NCBI GenBank assembly: GCA_018667735.1
Contig: JABIRX010000049.1
Location: forward strand, 1 to 56,783
Direction: 5' to 3'
DNA: 56,783 bases
Origin: Alphaproteobacteria bacterium
GTDB taxonomy: Bacteria; Pseudomonadota; Alphaproteobacteria; Rickettsiales; JABIRX01
Both the position numbers and the translations under genes were made by a program. The notes beneath the pieces are model-generated. The model did not search any database, had not been told where the DNA came from, and saw nothing but the letters and a program-made list of their open reading frames with translations. Of the stretch, positions 9,592 to 20,523 are shown piece by piece (the first letter of the stretch is position 1; every line of letters starts with the position of its first letter).

Positions 9592-10527
9592 ATGGCAATA
9601 TACAAATATGAAAAAATTTTAGATAAATTAACAAAATTGCAATTTGAAGTCACGCAAAATAACGCAACAGAACCTAGCTTTAACAATAAATATTGGGATA
9701 ATAATGAAGAGGGTATATATGTTGATATCACAACTGGAGAGCCCTTATTTTTATCCATTAATAAATTTGATTCTTTTTCTGGTTGGCCAAGCTTTACTAA
9801 GCCAATCAAAGAAAGCTTAATTGCACAGATAGAAGATAACACACTTAATACAACTAGAACAGAAGTAAGATCCTCATTATCAGATGCTCACTTAGGTCAT
9901 GTTTTTACAGATGGACCAAAGGAAGAAGGGGGGCTTAGATATTGTATTAACTCAGCCGCTTTAGATTTTATCCCTAAAGCTGAGTTAACTAGTAAAGGTT
10001 ATGCCAAATATCTTGAATATTTTACAATAAATATAAGTAAAGCCTATCTAGCAGGGGGGTGTTTTTGGGGAGTAGAGCATTATTTTTCTGAGTTAAAACA
10101 TGTGATTAAAACTAGAGTTGGTTATATGGGTGGCAAAATTAAAAACCCCACTTATGAAACAGTTAAAGAGGGAAAATCAAATCATGCAGAAGCGGTGGAG
10201 ATTTCATTTATGGCAGATAAAATTTCTTATAAAGAGATCTTGAAATATTTTCTACAAATGCATGATCCAATGACTAAAAATAGGCAGGGTAATGATATAG
10301 GAAGTCAATATCGCTCAGCGATATTCTATCTGAATGAAGAGCAAAAGCGTGTAGCCTCAGCATTGATCACAGAAGCAGGTCAATCTGGAGTTTTTCCAAA
10401 TAAAATAGTAACAGAGTTAGTCAAAGTGGAAGATTTTTTTGAGGCGGAAAAGTTTCATCAGCAATATCTAAAAAGAAATCCAAATGGTTATAATTGTCAT
10501 TTTATTAGAGATGGGTGGAAATTTTAA
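9592..10527 (+). CDS. msrAB: fused methionine sulfoxide reductase, MsrB domain followed by MsrA domain
   Basis: 311 aa. MsrB motifs are [19 protein letters not shown] and RYCINSAAL. These are followed by the MsrA motifs [11 protein letters not shown] and YRSAIFY. Confidence 0.9.
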   Translation: MAIYKYEKILDKLTKLQFEVTQNNATEPSFNNKYWDNNEEGIYVDITTGEPLFLSINKFDSFSGWPSFTKPIKESLIAQIEDNTLNTTRTEVRSSLSDAHLGHVFTDGPKEEGGLRYCINSAALDFIPKAELTSKGYAKYLEYFTINISKAYLAGGCFWGVEHYFSELKHVIKTRVGYMGGKIKNPTYETVKEGKSNHAEAVEISFMADKISYKEILKYFLQMHDPMTKNRQGNDIGSQYRSAIFYLNEEQKRVASALITEAGQSGVFPNKIVTELVKVEDFFEAEKFHQQYLKRNPNGYNCHFIRDGWKF

Positions 10528-11201
10528 CTGATAAAGCTAAAGATTAAGCCAATTAGACCGCCAAAAACTCCCCCCCAAACTACCAGCCAGCCTAAATGCT
10601 GCTTGATAATATTTTGGACAATGTTTTTTACCATATCAGGTGTTAATTCTGCAAGTCTCTTATCTATAATTTGTTCTACTTTTTCTAATATAATATTTGA
10701 TATATTGCTTTTCTCATCATTATGCTGAAATTCTTCGAGTAATTCTGCTGATATGTCTTTTAATTTATTGATCACTGGTTCCTTCAAAGGAGCTAGAACT
10801 TCTTTGCCACCCATCATATTTATCATACTGCCTAATGATGAGCTTAATATAGCTTCTTCTAACTCGTGAAAAATACGTTCAAAGTCAATATTATCATTTA
10901 ATTTAACGGCTGTTTTATTGTTATCTTGAAAAAATCTAGCAATATTTTCTTGGTTGAAGAATTCTGTAATAATTAAATTTTTTATAGCAAGTTTAAATTC
11001 AGAAAATCTTGCTGGTATTACCCCAGAGCCGTAAAGCAAAGGAACTTTTTCAAATAGCATATAAATTGCCAATGAGTTAGTTATACTACCTGATAAAGCA
11101 AATAAACCAGTCATAAGCATATTGTAAGAAAAAAAGGGGATAATTAGGCTAACTAATATAATTGATAAAGCTGAGATATTAGTAATAATATTTTTATTCA
11201 T
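10524..11201 (-). CDS. DUF445-like membrane protein
   Basis: 225 aa with N-terminal and C-terminal TM segments ([17 protein letters not shown]) around a helical soluble region. The family assignment is from memory. Confidence 0.5.
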   Translation of the reverse strand: MNKNIITNISALSIILVSLIIPFFSYNMLMTGLFALSGSITNSLAIYMLFEKVPLLYGSGVIPARFSEFKLAIKNLIITEFFNQENIARFFQDNNKTAVKLNDNIDFERIFHELEEAILSSSLGSMINMMGGKEVLAPLKEPVINKLKDISAELLEEFQHNDEKSNISNIILEKVEQIIDKRLAELTPDMVKNIVQNIIKQHLGWLVVWGGVFGGLIGLIFSFIS

Positions 11202-11487
11202 TAGCTGTCTTAATTTAGTTTAGTTTATATATGATTTTTTGTATAAATCTTTCAAGCAAAAATGTCATTATATAATATGTAGTAAACATAAAATATACTT
11301 ATATTTGATTGTTTGGCTGTATAATACTTGTCACTCTATCCTTATGCTTGTGTTAGAAATTAGAGCAGCTCTAATATGGTTTTGCAATGAAAAGTGATTT
11401 TAACTACTGACGCTTCACTTGCTAATATTATTATTTATAATTAAGAGCTTCTGTTTAAGGCTAGCTAAAGGCTAAAGTGATAATTAG

Positions 11488-11844
11488 CTATCTTGCTGGA
11501 GTTAGCTTAAAGCTGATGACTAACTCTTCTTTATTTTTACGAGATATTCTTATCATTAAAATTTCGTCATCTCTCGTGAAAAGTAGCCTTGCTTGCTTTG
11601 CCCAACCTAGGGCTGGTAGAGTTTTGTAATAAAAATCAATAATTGCATCTTCTTGCGCTTTACCTATAAAGCTAGCTGTTACTAAACGGTCAAAACCATT
11701 ATTGTAAACACTTGAGCTATCTTCTTCTAAATGAAAATTTGCTGGCACTGGTAAATCTGTTATGCCTGGAACAAAGTTATTTTGTGCTTTTGCATAAAAG
11801 CTAAATATGAGAATGCTTAATAAAATAACTATTTTTTTTGACAT
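11488..11844 (-). CDS. small secreted/periplasmic hypothetical protein
   Basis: I take the start at the internal ATG 11844, which yields a signal peptide (MSKKIVILLSILIFSFYAKAQ). The longer ORF to 11904 would run deep into mutM. Confidence 0.5.
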   Translation of the reverse strand: MSKKIVILLSILIFSFYAKAQNNFVPGITDLPVPANFHLEEDSSSVYNNGFDRLVTASFIGKAQEDAIIDFYYKTLPALGWAKQARLLFTRDDEILMIRISRKNKEELVISFKLTPAR

Positions 11845-12650
11845 TTTATACAATAAAAAGTTGATCTGCCTGCTTGTACCATCTTTTTTATTGGAGTTGC
11901 GCATATTTTACAAGGGTTATTTTCTCTTCCATACACTTTAAACTCATGTTGAAAATAACCAGATTCTCCATTTACTAAGCGGTAATCTTTAATAGTAGAG
12001 CCTCCTTTTGCAATTGCTTGAATTAATATAGATTTTATATTCTTTACTAGAGAGGTTGCATCATTGAGGCTGAGGGAGGCAGCTGGTGTTTCTGGATGAA
12101 TCTTGCTAGAAAATAAGGCTTCACTAGCATAAATATTGCCAACTCCAACTAGTTTTTTTTGCTCCATGATGAATTTTTTAATTTCAATATTAGAGTTTTT
12201 GCATATTTCCTGAAGATATTTACCCGTGAAATCATCACTTAAGGGCTCAATGCCAAGATGAGAGAAAAACTTAGAAATAGCGAGCTTATTTTTATTTAGG
12301 CATGTTACTAAGCCAAATTTTCTTACATCATTATAACGCATAAAATCACCATTATTAAGAGTAAAAATTACATGATCATGTTTTTCATTTTTTAATTTTT
12401 TTTCGACAAATATTTTGCCAGTCATACCAAGGTGTATAATAAGAACTTGGTCATTTTTTAGGTAAATTAAGAGATATTTAGCTCTCCGCGTAATTTTTTC
12501 AATGTTACTATTAGTAACTTGATTAACTAAGTTTTTTGGAACTTTGACGCGCAATTTGTCATTTAAAACATCTATAGCATTAAATTCTTTGCCTTTGATT
12601 AAGGGGCTTAAATAATTTTTTACGGTTTCTACCTCAGGAAGTTCTGGCAT
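11829..12650 (-). CDS. mutM: formamidopyrimidine-DNA glycosylase
   Basis: 273 aa with the catalytic N-terminus MPELPEVE and a C-terminal zinc finger (CKICATPIKKMVQAGRSTFYCIKCQ). Confidence 0.92.
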   Translation of the reverse strand: MPELPEVETVKNYLSPLIKGKEFNAIDVLNDKLRVKVPKNLVNQVTNSNIEKITRRAKYLLIYLKNDQVLIIHLGMTGKIFVEKKLKNEKHDHVIFTLNNGDFMRYNDVRKFGLVTCLNKNKLAISKFFSHLGIEPLSDDFTGKYLQEICKNSNIEIKKFIMEQKKLVGVGNIYASEALFSSKIHPETPAASLSLNDATSLVKNIKSILIQAIAKGGSTIKDYRLVNGESGYFQHEFKVYGRENNPCKICATPIKKMVQAGRSTFYCIKCQKK

Positions 12651-12695
12651 GAAGATATTTATACTATATTATGTGACAGATAATTAAATGTTATT

Positions 12696-13457
12696 ATGAG
12701 TAAAAGCAATAAAGAAGCTAATTTTGGTTTCAGAAAAGTTACACAAGAAATAAAAACAAATTTAGTCGAAGAGGTTTTCTCATCGGTTGCAAGTAAATAT
12801 GATTTGATGAATGATGTGATGAGTCTTGGTATACATAGGCTCTGGAAAAATCATTTGATTAATAAGATTCCAGTAATTGAAAATGCCAATATAATTGATA
12901 TGGCAGGTGGAACAGGGGATATTGCTTTTAAAATTTTCCAGAAATACAACAAATTACAGACTAAGTTTCAGCTGAAAATAGCAGATTATAATGAAGAGAT
13001 GATTTTAGCTGGCAAAGATAGGGCTATAGATCAGAATGTTATAGGAAGTAATGTAAGCTGGCATCATGAAAATGGAGAAAAAACTAGTTTTAAAGCTAAT
13101 GAATTTGATTTATATACCATTGCATATGGTATAAGAAATTTTGCTGATTTAGAACAGGGTGTTAAAGAGGCCAGCAGAATTCTTAAGCAAAATGGTAAAT
13201 TCTTTTGTCTAGAATTTAACCAAGTTGAAAATGAGATGCTTAAAAAGATTTATGATTTTTATTCTTTTAATTTCATACCTCAAATAGGGGGATTAATTAC
13301 AGGCGATAAAGCATCATATGAATATTTCGTAGAATCAATTAGGACTTTTCCAAAGTCTAATGAATTTGCCAAAATGCTAAAAGCTAATGGTTTTAAAGAA
13401 GTTAAGTTTGAAAAACTAACTTTGGGACTAACCACTCTATATTATGCGGAGAAATGA
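12696..13457 (+). CDS. ubiE: ubiquinone/menaquinone C-methyltransferase
   Basis: 253 aa. Motifs: FGFRKV, VASKYDLMNDVMSLGIHRLWK, and the SAM motif DMAGGTGDIAF. Confidence 0.9.
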   Translation: MSKSNKEANFGFRKVTQEIKTNLVEEVFSSVASKYDLMNDVMSLGIHRLWKNHLINKIPVIENANIIDMAGGTGDIAFKIFQKYNKLQTKFQLKIADYNEEMILAGKDRAIDQNVIGSNVSWHHENGEKTSFKANEFDLYTIAYGIRNFADLEQGVKEASRILKQNGKFFCLEFNQVENEMLKKIYDFYSFNFIPQIGGLITGDKASYEYFVESIRTFPKSNEFAKMLKANGFKEVKFEKLTLGLTTLYYAEK

Positions 13458-14839
13458 AATTATTAACTATTTTTGTGCCAATAAAAATTTTCTTTTATGT
13501 CCAATTTTTTGGTTGTAATTTCTTATTAAGACAAATTCCATATATAGGTTTGTTTTTTTGGCCATTAGAGCTTTTTGCTTTACCTAGAATTATGGATAGT
13601 AAGGGGGTCAGATTTAGAAAGCTGCTTGCGCATTTAGGACCAACCTTTATAAAATTTGGTCAATTACTGTCAGCTAGAAGTGATATAGTAGGCGATAAAC
13701 TATCATGTGAGCTTAGTTTCTTGCAAGATAAATTGCCTTCTTTTTCTTATCGAAAAGTTTGCCATATAATAAAAAAAGAAACAGGTTCAACTATAGAAAG
13801 TAATTTTAGTTACTTTGCGAAAGAGCCAGTTGCAGCTGCATCAATCGCACAAGTACATAAAGCTAAAACTATGCTAGGTGATGATGTTGCGGTTAAAATA
13901 TTAAGGCCATCTATTAAGAAAAAATTTCTAAGTGAAGTAAGATTGTTATATTATATGGCAATTATCTTAAATTGTTTTCAAAGGCTTAAAAGACTAAAGT
14001 TACTGGAAGTAGTTAAATTATTTGAGCAAACCGTAGAGAAAGAGCTAAATCTCTGCTTTGAGGCAGCCCAATCTAGTAAATTAGCAGAGAATTTACATAC
14101 TAATAAAAATATAATTATACCACAGATTTATTGGGAGCTAACTAGTGAGAAAGTAATGGTTTCTAGATGGGTAGAAGGTGTAAAAATAAATCAGCTACAA
14201 GGTAAAAAAGAGGATCTAAAAATGTTAGGTGATAATTTAGTATTATGTTATTACGAACAAGCATATAGAGATGGATATTTTCATGCTGATATGCATCCTG
14301 GTAATATTTTAATTACTGCTGATTATAAAATAGCTTTAATTGATTTTGGAATCATGGGTTATCTAGCTAAAAAAGATCGTATAGCAGTAGCGCAAATAGT
14401 ATATGGTTTTATAAAAAGAGATTATGATCTAGTTGCTAAGATTCATAAAATGGCAGGATATATACCAAAAGCTGCAAATATAACAGAATTTTCTCTTGCA
14501 TGTCGTGCAATTGGTGAGCCAATATTTGGTAAAAATGCTAAAGATATTTCTATATCAAAATTAATGACACAGTTATTTATTATTACAGAAAAATTTGGCA
14601 TGCAAACTCAGCCACAATTATTGTTATTGCAAAAAACCCTATTATTAATTGAAGGCGTAGGTTTAACTCTTAATCCTGAATTAAATATGTGGAGCTTAGG
14701 TGAGCCATTTATGACTAAATGGGCTAAGGATAATTTGAGCCATAAAGCAATTGCAACAGACAAGCTTAGTGAGTTAGGTGAAATTCTTATAGACCTACCA
14801 GAAATAATAAAGAAACTTAAACTTAAATTAGATGTTTAA
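13454..14839 (+). CDS. ubiB: UbiB/ABC1 atypical kinase (ubiquinone biosynthesis)
   Basis: 461 aa, with a 4-nt overlap with ubiE. Motifs: LGPTFIKFGQLLSARSD, AAASIAQVHKA, FHADMHPGNIL. Confidence 0.88.
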   Translation: MKLLTIFVPIKIFFYVQFFGCNFLLRQIPYIGLFFWPLELFALPRIMDSKGVRFRKLLAHLGPTFIKFGQLLSARSDIVGDKLSCELSFLQDKLPSFSYRKVCHIIKKETGSTIESNFSYFAKEPVAAASIAQVHKAKTMLGDDVAVKILRPSIKKKFLSEVRLLYYMAIILNCFQRLKRLKLLEVVKLFEQTVEKELNLCFEAAQSSKLAENLHTNKNIIIPQIYWELTSEKVMVSRWVEGVKINQLQGKKEDLKMLGDNLVLCYYEQAYRDGYFHADMHPGNILITADYKIALIDFGIMGYLAKKDRIAVAQIVYGFIKRDYDLVAKIHKMAGYIPKAANITEFSLACRAIGEPIFGKNAKDISISKLMTQLFIITEKFGMQTQPQLLLLQKTLLLIEGVGLTLNPELNMWSLGEPFMTKWAKDNLSHKAIATDKLSELGEILIDLPEIIKKLKLKLDV

Positions 14840-14864
14840 TCTTTTTACCCGCTAATAATCTTAC

Positions 14865-14887
14865 CTGGTTTTGGCATGCAAAGCCAG
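14865..14887 (+). terminator. weak stem-loop downstream of ubiB
   Basis: CTGGTTTTG-GCATG-CAAAGCCAG forms a 9-bp stem (one G-U pair). It sits 26 nt after the ubiB stop. No strong U-tract follows. Confidence 0.25.
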
Positions 14888-15217
14888 TTGCTAAAATATT
14901 GCAATATTCATTCACCTTTCTCCTTATGGGGTTAAATTAATAAAGTAATCATTGTTAGCTTTGCTTATATAGAGCTTGAGCAGTTCTTTGCTATAAAATT
15001 AATTTAGGCAACTACTGATAAATAATATTGTAAGCTGCTATACTAATTTTTGTACAGAGCTATTTGCAATCCTACCTGAAAAGCCTGATTTGCTAATTTA
15101 TCTGAGATATTTTAGCTAATTTTCTGCTATATTTTTGTTCGCACCATCTTAAGAAATATGTCTAGTTGAAAGTTATGTGTAAAGATATAATTTAATTAGA
15201 TAACACAAAGCTAAGTG

Positions 15218-15961
15218 ATGCTAAAATATTATCTAATTTTATTTTGTTTTTATTCCTTACAATTAAATGCTAAAAGTGCTTTTGACATTATGAAAAAAGT
15301 GGAAGAGCAAAGCCAAATAGTGCAAAATCAAAATTATGAAATTTTTATGCTATTAACTGATGCGAAGGGCAAAAAAAGAGAAAGATTTTTTGAGCTGAAG
15401 AAAAAGATTTCAACTACATATAGCAAGAGCTTAGTAAAATTCTATAAACCAGCAAATATTAAAAATACTTCATTACTAAGCCACAGTAAATTAGCTTCAA
15501 GCGCAGATCCTACGCAATGGCTATTTTTACCTTCTCTTAGAACAGTTCAGCAAATTTCTTCAGAGCATAAAAATAATAGTTTTATGGGTTCTGATTTTAC
15601 TATCTTAGATATGGCTGGAAGGGCAGCTGAAAAAGATGAACATCAATTAGTGAAGGAAGATGAGCAATATTATTTGGTTAAATCAACACCAAAAGATAAA
15701 GCCGATAATTATGGTTATATGGTTTATTTGATTGAAAAAGATACTAACTTACCCATCATGGTAGAATTTTATGATCAACAAAAGCTATTATTAAAAACTC
15801 TCACCAATCAAAAAATTAAGCACGAAGAAAATATGTATTTTGCTACTATCTCAATTATGGAAAATAAACAAACAAATTCTTCAACTGTGATTGAAATATT
15901 AGAATATGATTTTATCAGTAAAATTTTTGATAATGATGTTGGTATAAAATCATTGCATTAA
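15218..15961 (+). CDS. LolA-like outer-membrane lipoprotein-sorting family protein
   Basis: Signal peptide present. The motif QWLFLPSLRTVQQISSEHKNNSFMGSDFTILDM matches my recollection of the LolA_like family. An alternative GTG start lies at 15215. Confidence 0.6.
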   Translation: MLKYYLILFCFYSLQLNAKSAFDIMKKVEEQSQIVQNQNYEIFMLLTDAKGKKRERFFELKKKISTTYSKSLVKFYKPANIKNTSLLSHSKLASSADPTQWLFLPSLRTVQQISSEHKNNSFMGSDFTILDMAGRAAEKDEHQLVKEDEQYYLVKSTPKDKADNYGYMVYLIEKDTNLPIMVEFYDQQKLLLKTLTNQKIKHEENMYFATISIMENKQTNSSTVIEILEYDFISKIFDNDVGIKSLH

Positions 15962-16005
15962 TTTCAAGAAGTGTTAACAAATATTTAGATAATGGGAAAT
16001 ATATT

Positions 16006-17424
16006 ATGAAGAAAAAACTAATTTTTTTAATCGCATTTTTAAGTTCTTTTAATTTACAGGCAAGATCGTTATTAGATGGTTACTTACCCAGTAACAGTAA
16101 TTATGATTCAAGAGTTAAACAAAGTGAGGTGTCAAAATTTATTGATAAAAACATAAGTGGAGCAATAGGTTCTTCTTATGTCTCATCAGATTCTGGTGAA
16201 AGAAAAAATAGTTTTGCAAAATTAAGATTTGATAATGATAATAAATATTCAAGAGTAGTTTTGGCTGGTCAGTTTGTTGATTCTGAAATAGAGCTTAATC
16301 AAAAAAACAGCTTAAGTGCTGAGGAGAGAACAGTGGCATATAGCTATGATGACCCTGAGATATTAGAGAGTTACATAGATTTGAAATTAATGAAAAATTT
16401 AACCTTATCAGCTGGTGTTAGAAAGATAGTTTGGGGACAATTTGAACCCTTCTCCCCAATTGATTTTTCTCTACCAATTTATTTTTCTAGAAATTTTGTT
16501 GAATATACTAAGCAAGAAGGAAGGGTTCCTAAAGAAACTTACAGTCTAACTTATTTTCCCCACCCAAAAATAGAATTATCTGGTTATTTTTTTCCAGAAT
16601 ATGAAGTTGATCCAATAATTGAGCGTATTAATCAAGATGATGAGGTCACAATGCCAATAGGGTCGGGTTTGCACCAATCGGCAGGAAGATTAATGTTTTA
16701 TCCTGAATTTGCTACCTTTGGTTTTACCTATTTTAATGGTTTTAGCCATATGGATAATTCAAAAGGGTATATTTATGATTCGTCAACAAGTTCTTATCAG
16801 AAAAACCCCTTCTTAATTGAAAATGAAATGGTTGGTTTTGAGTTTAGCAAGAAGTTAGGCAAATATGGTTTGAAATTTGAATATTCTATTTCAGATACAG
16901 TAACTGATTTAGTTAATAATATTGCGGGTAACTCTGGTTATCAATCATGGGTAACTAATCAGAACAACAATGAATTATATGTTGATGGAGATCTACATTT
17001 TGGTGCCGCTGGTATAGATTTTGCTTCTGGCTTGTGGAACTATGATTTTATGGTTTATTACTATGAAATTAAATATGATGAAGAAGCTCAACAAGGTGTT
17101 GATTATGATGAAATTATTAATAATGATGATGAAGAAGGACCTACTGGCATAGGTAGTTTTTTACCTTCATTTAATATTTCTAGATATATTACAGATGCAA
17201 AAAACACTAAAGCAGGTCTTGCAGTTGGAGTTTTAGGTGTAGGGCAGGGTGCTGCCACTTATGTAACTGGAACCATAAATGAGTCTTTTAAATGGATGGT
17301 TGCTGCTGAATATCTTGAATATTTTGCTAATATGATGATAGATGAAGCATATGATGATGGTAATTTTGAAGCTGAAGACGATATGATGTTTGGTTTAAGA
17401 GCCTCGATACAATATAATTTCTAG
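16006..17424 (+). CDS. outer-membrane beta-barrel protein (unknown family)
   Basis: 472 aa with signal peptide MKKKLIFLIAFLSSFNLQA. It shows an alternating aromatic/Gly-rich strand pattern. The C-terminus ASIQYNF ends in Phe. Confidence 0.6.
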   Translation: MKKKLIFLIAFLSSFNLQARSLLDGYLPSNSNYDSRVKQSEVSKFIDKNISGAIGSSYVSSDSGERKNSFAKLRFDNDNKYSRVVLAGQFVDSEIELNQKNSLSAEERTVAYSYDDPEILESYIDLKLMKNLTLSAGVRKIVWGQFEPFSPIDFSLPIYFSRNFVEYTKQEGRVPKETYSLTYFPHPKIELSGYFFPEYEVDPIIERINQDDEVTMPIGSGLHQSAGRLMFYPEFATFGFTYFNGFSHMDNSKGYIYDSSTSSYQKNPFLIENEMVGFEFSKKLGKYGLKFEYSISDTVTDLVNNIAGNSGYQSWVTNQNNNELYVDGDLHFGAAGIDFASGLWNYDFMVYYYEIKYDEEAQQGVDYDEIINNDDEEGPTGIGSFLPSFNISRYITDAKNTKAGLAVGVLGVGQGAATYVTGTINESFKWMVAAEYLEYFANMMIDEAYDDGNFEAEDDMMFGLRASIQYNF

Positions 17425-17472
17425 CTTAAGCTAGAAATTATTAAAAAACTCAAATTTAAATATACTGGCCAG

Positions 17473-19656
17473 ATGTTAAGATATGTACTCTTTTATATTC
17501 TGATTTTTTTTTCCTTAGTAATTCTATTTTATTTAACAGTTAACTTAAAAATAGAGAATACTATTTGGTTGAAGGAGGGAAACCAATATGAAGTAAATAA
17601 AGATAAATTGCGGAAGGAGTTTAATGAGGAAGAAAATCTAATTATAACCATAGAAACGGTGGGAGATTTTCTAAGTGCTAACAGTTTAGCTGAGCTTGAT
17701 ATATTTTCTGCTAAAATAGAATCACTGCAGCAGATTAAGAAAGTACGGACTATTTTAAATTCAGCTTTTCTGATAGAGCACCAAGAAATTATAAATAATG
17801 TTTCACTAAAATATGCTTTAGATAAAAATATCATTAATATTGAAGAAGTAAAAAATCTTATAGAAAATAGTTTTTATGAAGGAATTTTATTTAGTGCTGA
17901 TTTTAAGCAATTCAATATCATAATTACGCCAAATTTTTCTGGAGATAAAAACTATATTAGAAAGAATCTCATTAAACAGATGGATTATTTGATCGCAGAT
18001 TATAATCAATTAACTAATTACTACATAACAGGAAAAACTAACTTATATTATAATTTAGACCTTAAGAATAAAAAAAATTTATTTCTTTTATCTATATTAA
18101 CTATTTTATTCGCCATGATATATATTGGCCTATTATACCGTGATTTAGATCGCGTTATTATTACGGTAATTAATAGTATATTTTCACTCATTGTCACATT
18201 ATCTTTATTCGTAATATTTAAGCTTAATTTTTCGTTATTAAGCCTCTGTCTTCCTATAATAGCGATTGTCGTAACAATATCTGATACAATATTTATTTTT
18301 AATAAATATAACTTTTTTTTACAGGAGAATAAGTACTTTCTTTACAAGGTGATAGTCAAAAAAATTTATAAGCCATGCTTAATAACTAGTTTAACTACAG
18401 CATTTGCATTTTTATCATATTATTTTTCAGAAATAAAACCGCTATATGATCTATTTTTAGTTTCTGCTTTGGCAATTATGTTGAATTTGATCTGGGTTAT
18501 ATTTGTTACGCCTTTTTTGTTGATTTTCTTATGTGCCAAAAAAACAATTACAATCTCTGTTATCTCTATAGTTGTAAAAAAAGTATCTGAGTTTATAAAA
18601 ACGCAAAATAGTAAGATTTTATGGAAATTATGTGTAGGAATATGTTTGATTTTTCCAGGAATATTTTTAATCAATAGTGAAACAAATTTCTTAAATATAT
18701 TTTTCTTTAATTCAGAAAAAATAGTACAGGATGTTAAAAAATTTGATCAAAATTTTGCTGGTTCATCAGACTTGTCTATTATATTTTCTGATGAATCAAA
18801 ACAAAAATTTAAAAATAAAGAATTCTATGATTTCTTAAGTAATTATATAAAAGAGGCAAAAGCATTAGAAGAAGTTAAGGCCACAAGATCATATGAAGAT
18901 ATTACACTTAATGCATTAGATAAATTATCAGCTAATAGTCAATTTCAAAATAGCGAAGAATTAGCCCAAATTTTGCTGTTTTTAGAATTTTCAAAAAGTG
19001 ATCAAAGTTATGATGTTTTGGCAGATTATGTTAATTTTGATTACTCTATGCAGAGAGTTAAGCTGTTCAGCAACAATTTAACTAGCACGCAAATAAGAGA
19101 GTTGCGTGACAATCTGCAGAAAATTAATATTCATAATGAAAATATAGCTTTAGCTGGCACTAACATTTACTTTGATGGTATTATAAAAAATTTAATCAAG
19201 ACGCAATTCTATTCATTATTATTTATAATAGTAATGATTTTTTGCTTAATTACGATGATTTATAATATTAGATTTGCCATTATTGCGAGTTTGGCCAATA
19301 TTTTTCCTTTAGTAATTATTACGGCTTTAGCTTCCTTATTTGGAGTGAATTTTGATTTTTCATTTGTTCTGGTTACAGTTATATGTTTAGGTATTGGGGT
19401 GGACTGCTCGATACATATATTAAATGATTATACACATAATCAACAAAAATTAGGTAGTCATGATTACACTTCATATGCAGTATCTGAGATTACTTTATTT
19501 TTTATAGTTTGCATCGCAGCATTCCTATGTTCGGATTTGTTGATTTTTGTTAAATTTGCGATTTTAGCCATTAGTACAATATTAATTTCATATTTAATAA
19601 ATATTATTTTTGTTCCAATTGCAGTAAAGTCTTTATATCATAAAAACATTAGTTAA
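17473..19656 (+). CDS. MMPL/RND-superfamily exporter
   Basis: 727 aa. Two blocks of about 5-6 TM helices are each preceded by a large soluble loop, the characteristic 1+5/1+5 RND topology. Confidence 0.7.
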   Translation: MLRYVLFYILIFFSLVILFYLTVNLKIENTIWLKEGNQYEVNKDKLRKEFNEEENLIITIETVGDFLSANSLAELDIFSAKIESLQQIKKVRTILNSAFLIEHQEIINNVSLKYALDKNIINIEEVKNLIENSFYEGILFSADFKQFNIIITPNFSGDKNYIRKNLIKQMDYLIADYNQLTNYYITGKTNLYYNLDLKNKKNLFLLSILTILFAMIYIGLLYRDLDRVIITVINSIFSLIVTLSLFVIFKLNFSLLSLCLPIIAIVVTISDTIFIFNKYNFFLQENKYFLYKVIVKKIYKPCLITSLTTAFAFLSYYFSEIKPLYDLFLVSALAIMLNLIWVIFVTPFLLIFLCAKKTITISVISIVVKKVSEFIKTQNSKILWKLCVGICLIFPGIFLINSETNFLNIFFFNSEKIVQDVKKFDQNFAGSSDLSIIFSDESKQKFKNKEFYDFLSNYIKEAKALEEVKATRSYEDITLNALDKLSANSQFQNSEELAQILLFLEFSKSDQSYDVLADYVNFDYSMQRVKLFSNNLTSTQIRELRDNLQKINIHNENIALAGTNIYFDGIIKNLIKTQFYSLLFIIVMIFCLITMIYNIRFAIIASLANIFPLVIITALASLFGVNFDFSFVLVTVICLGIGVDCSIHILNDYTHNQQKLGSHDYTSYAVSEITLFFIVCIAAFLCSDLLIFVKFAILAISTILISYLINIIFVPIAVKSLYHKNIS

Positions 19657-19683
19657 GATCAACCAAATTGTAAAATTAATTAA

Positions 19684-20523
19684 ATGAAAATATTAATTAC
19701 AGGAAAAGATAGTAAAATCGCGCAGGAGTTACTAAGAAGACTAAAAAAAAATAAGGTGGTTGCTTACAACAAAGCAGAGTTAGATATAACTGATATAGCG
19801 CAAATTAAAGAAGTGGTCATAAAAGAGAAGCCTAGTATGATAATTAACTGCGCCTCCTTAAATGATCTCAAGCAAGCTGAAAGTAACCCAGAGAAAGCTT
19901 ACGCAGTAAATCAATATGGAGTAAAGAACTTAGTTAATATTTCCTTGGATTATGATATAAAATTAATTCATTTTAGTACTAATTATATCTTCACTGGTAA
20001 CCAAACTGAGCCATATGTTGAAACCGATAGAGCGGACCCTTTAAATATTTATGGGAAAAGCAAGTTAAAAGGAGAAAATGAGATCTTAAATAGTCCAGAC
20101 CTTAAATATTTGTTATATAGGACAAGTTGGATTTATGCGGCTAATGATGACTTTCTTATTTCTGAGTTAAAATTAAATAGTGGGCAAAGCCAAGCGTCAT
20201 ATTATCCTGCATCTGCACTTGCCACACCTACATCAGTCTCCTTATTAATAGAGTTGGTTATAAGATCTATTAAAAAGAATTTAACAGGTATATATAATGT
20301 CTCATGTTCAGGCTTTGCTTCACAATATGATTTTGCGAAGGAGGTGGTAAAAATATGTGGAATAAACATTAAAATTAAAGCTAAAACCACTACAGATTCG
20401 GATAATATATTAACGCCAAGATTTGCAGTGTTAGATAATAGTAAAATATCCAAAGATTTAACCATTAATATCCCAGAGTGGGACGAAGAGTTAAAACATC
20501 AATTAGAAAAACATGATAATTGA
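19684..20523 (+). CDS. RfbD-like dTDP-4-dehydrorhamnose reductase family protein (paralog 1)
   Basis: 279 aa. Motifs: MKILITGKDSKIAQEL, FSTNYIF, and the catalytic YGKSKLKGE. The glycine-rich loop is degenerate (GKDSKIA). Confidence 0.65.
   Translation: MKILITGKDSKIAQELLRRLKKNKVVAYNKAELDITDIAQIKEVVIKEKPSMIINCASLNDLKQAESNPEKAYAVNQYGVKNLVNISLDYDIKLIHFSTNYIFTGNQTEPYVETDRADPLNIYGKSKLKGENEILNSPDLKYLLYRTSWIYAANDDFLISELKLNSGQSQASYYPASALATPTSVSLLIELVIRSIKKNLTGIYNVSCSGFASQYDFAKEVVKICGINIKIKAKTTTDSDNILTPRFAVLDNSKISKDLTINIPEWDEELKHQLEKHDN

Noticed and set aside
11359-11375. Perfect 17-nt palindrome ATTAGAGCAGCTCTAAT between the DUF445 gene and the small secreted-protein gene. Similar short palindromes and hairpins occur at 4426-4440 and 4469-4495.
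   Set aside because: These are single occurrences with short stems and no U-tracts. They could be weak terminators or operators, but nothing else supports a specific function.
11845-11904. 20-codon extension of the small secreted protein ORF, overlapping mutM by 76 nt.
   Set aside because: Starting at ATG 11844 gives a clean signal peptide and only a 16-nt overlap with mutM.
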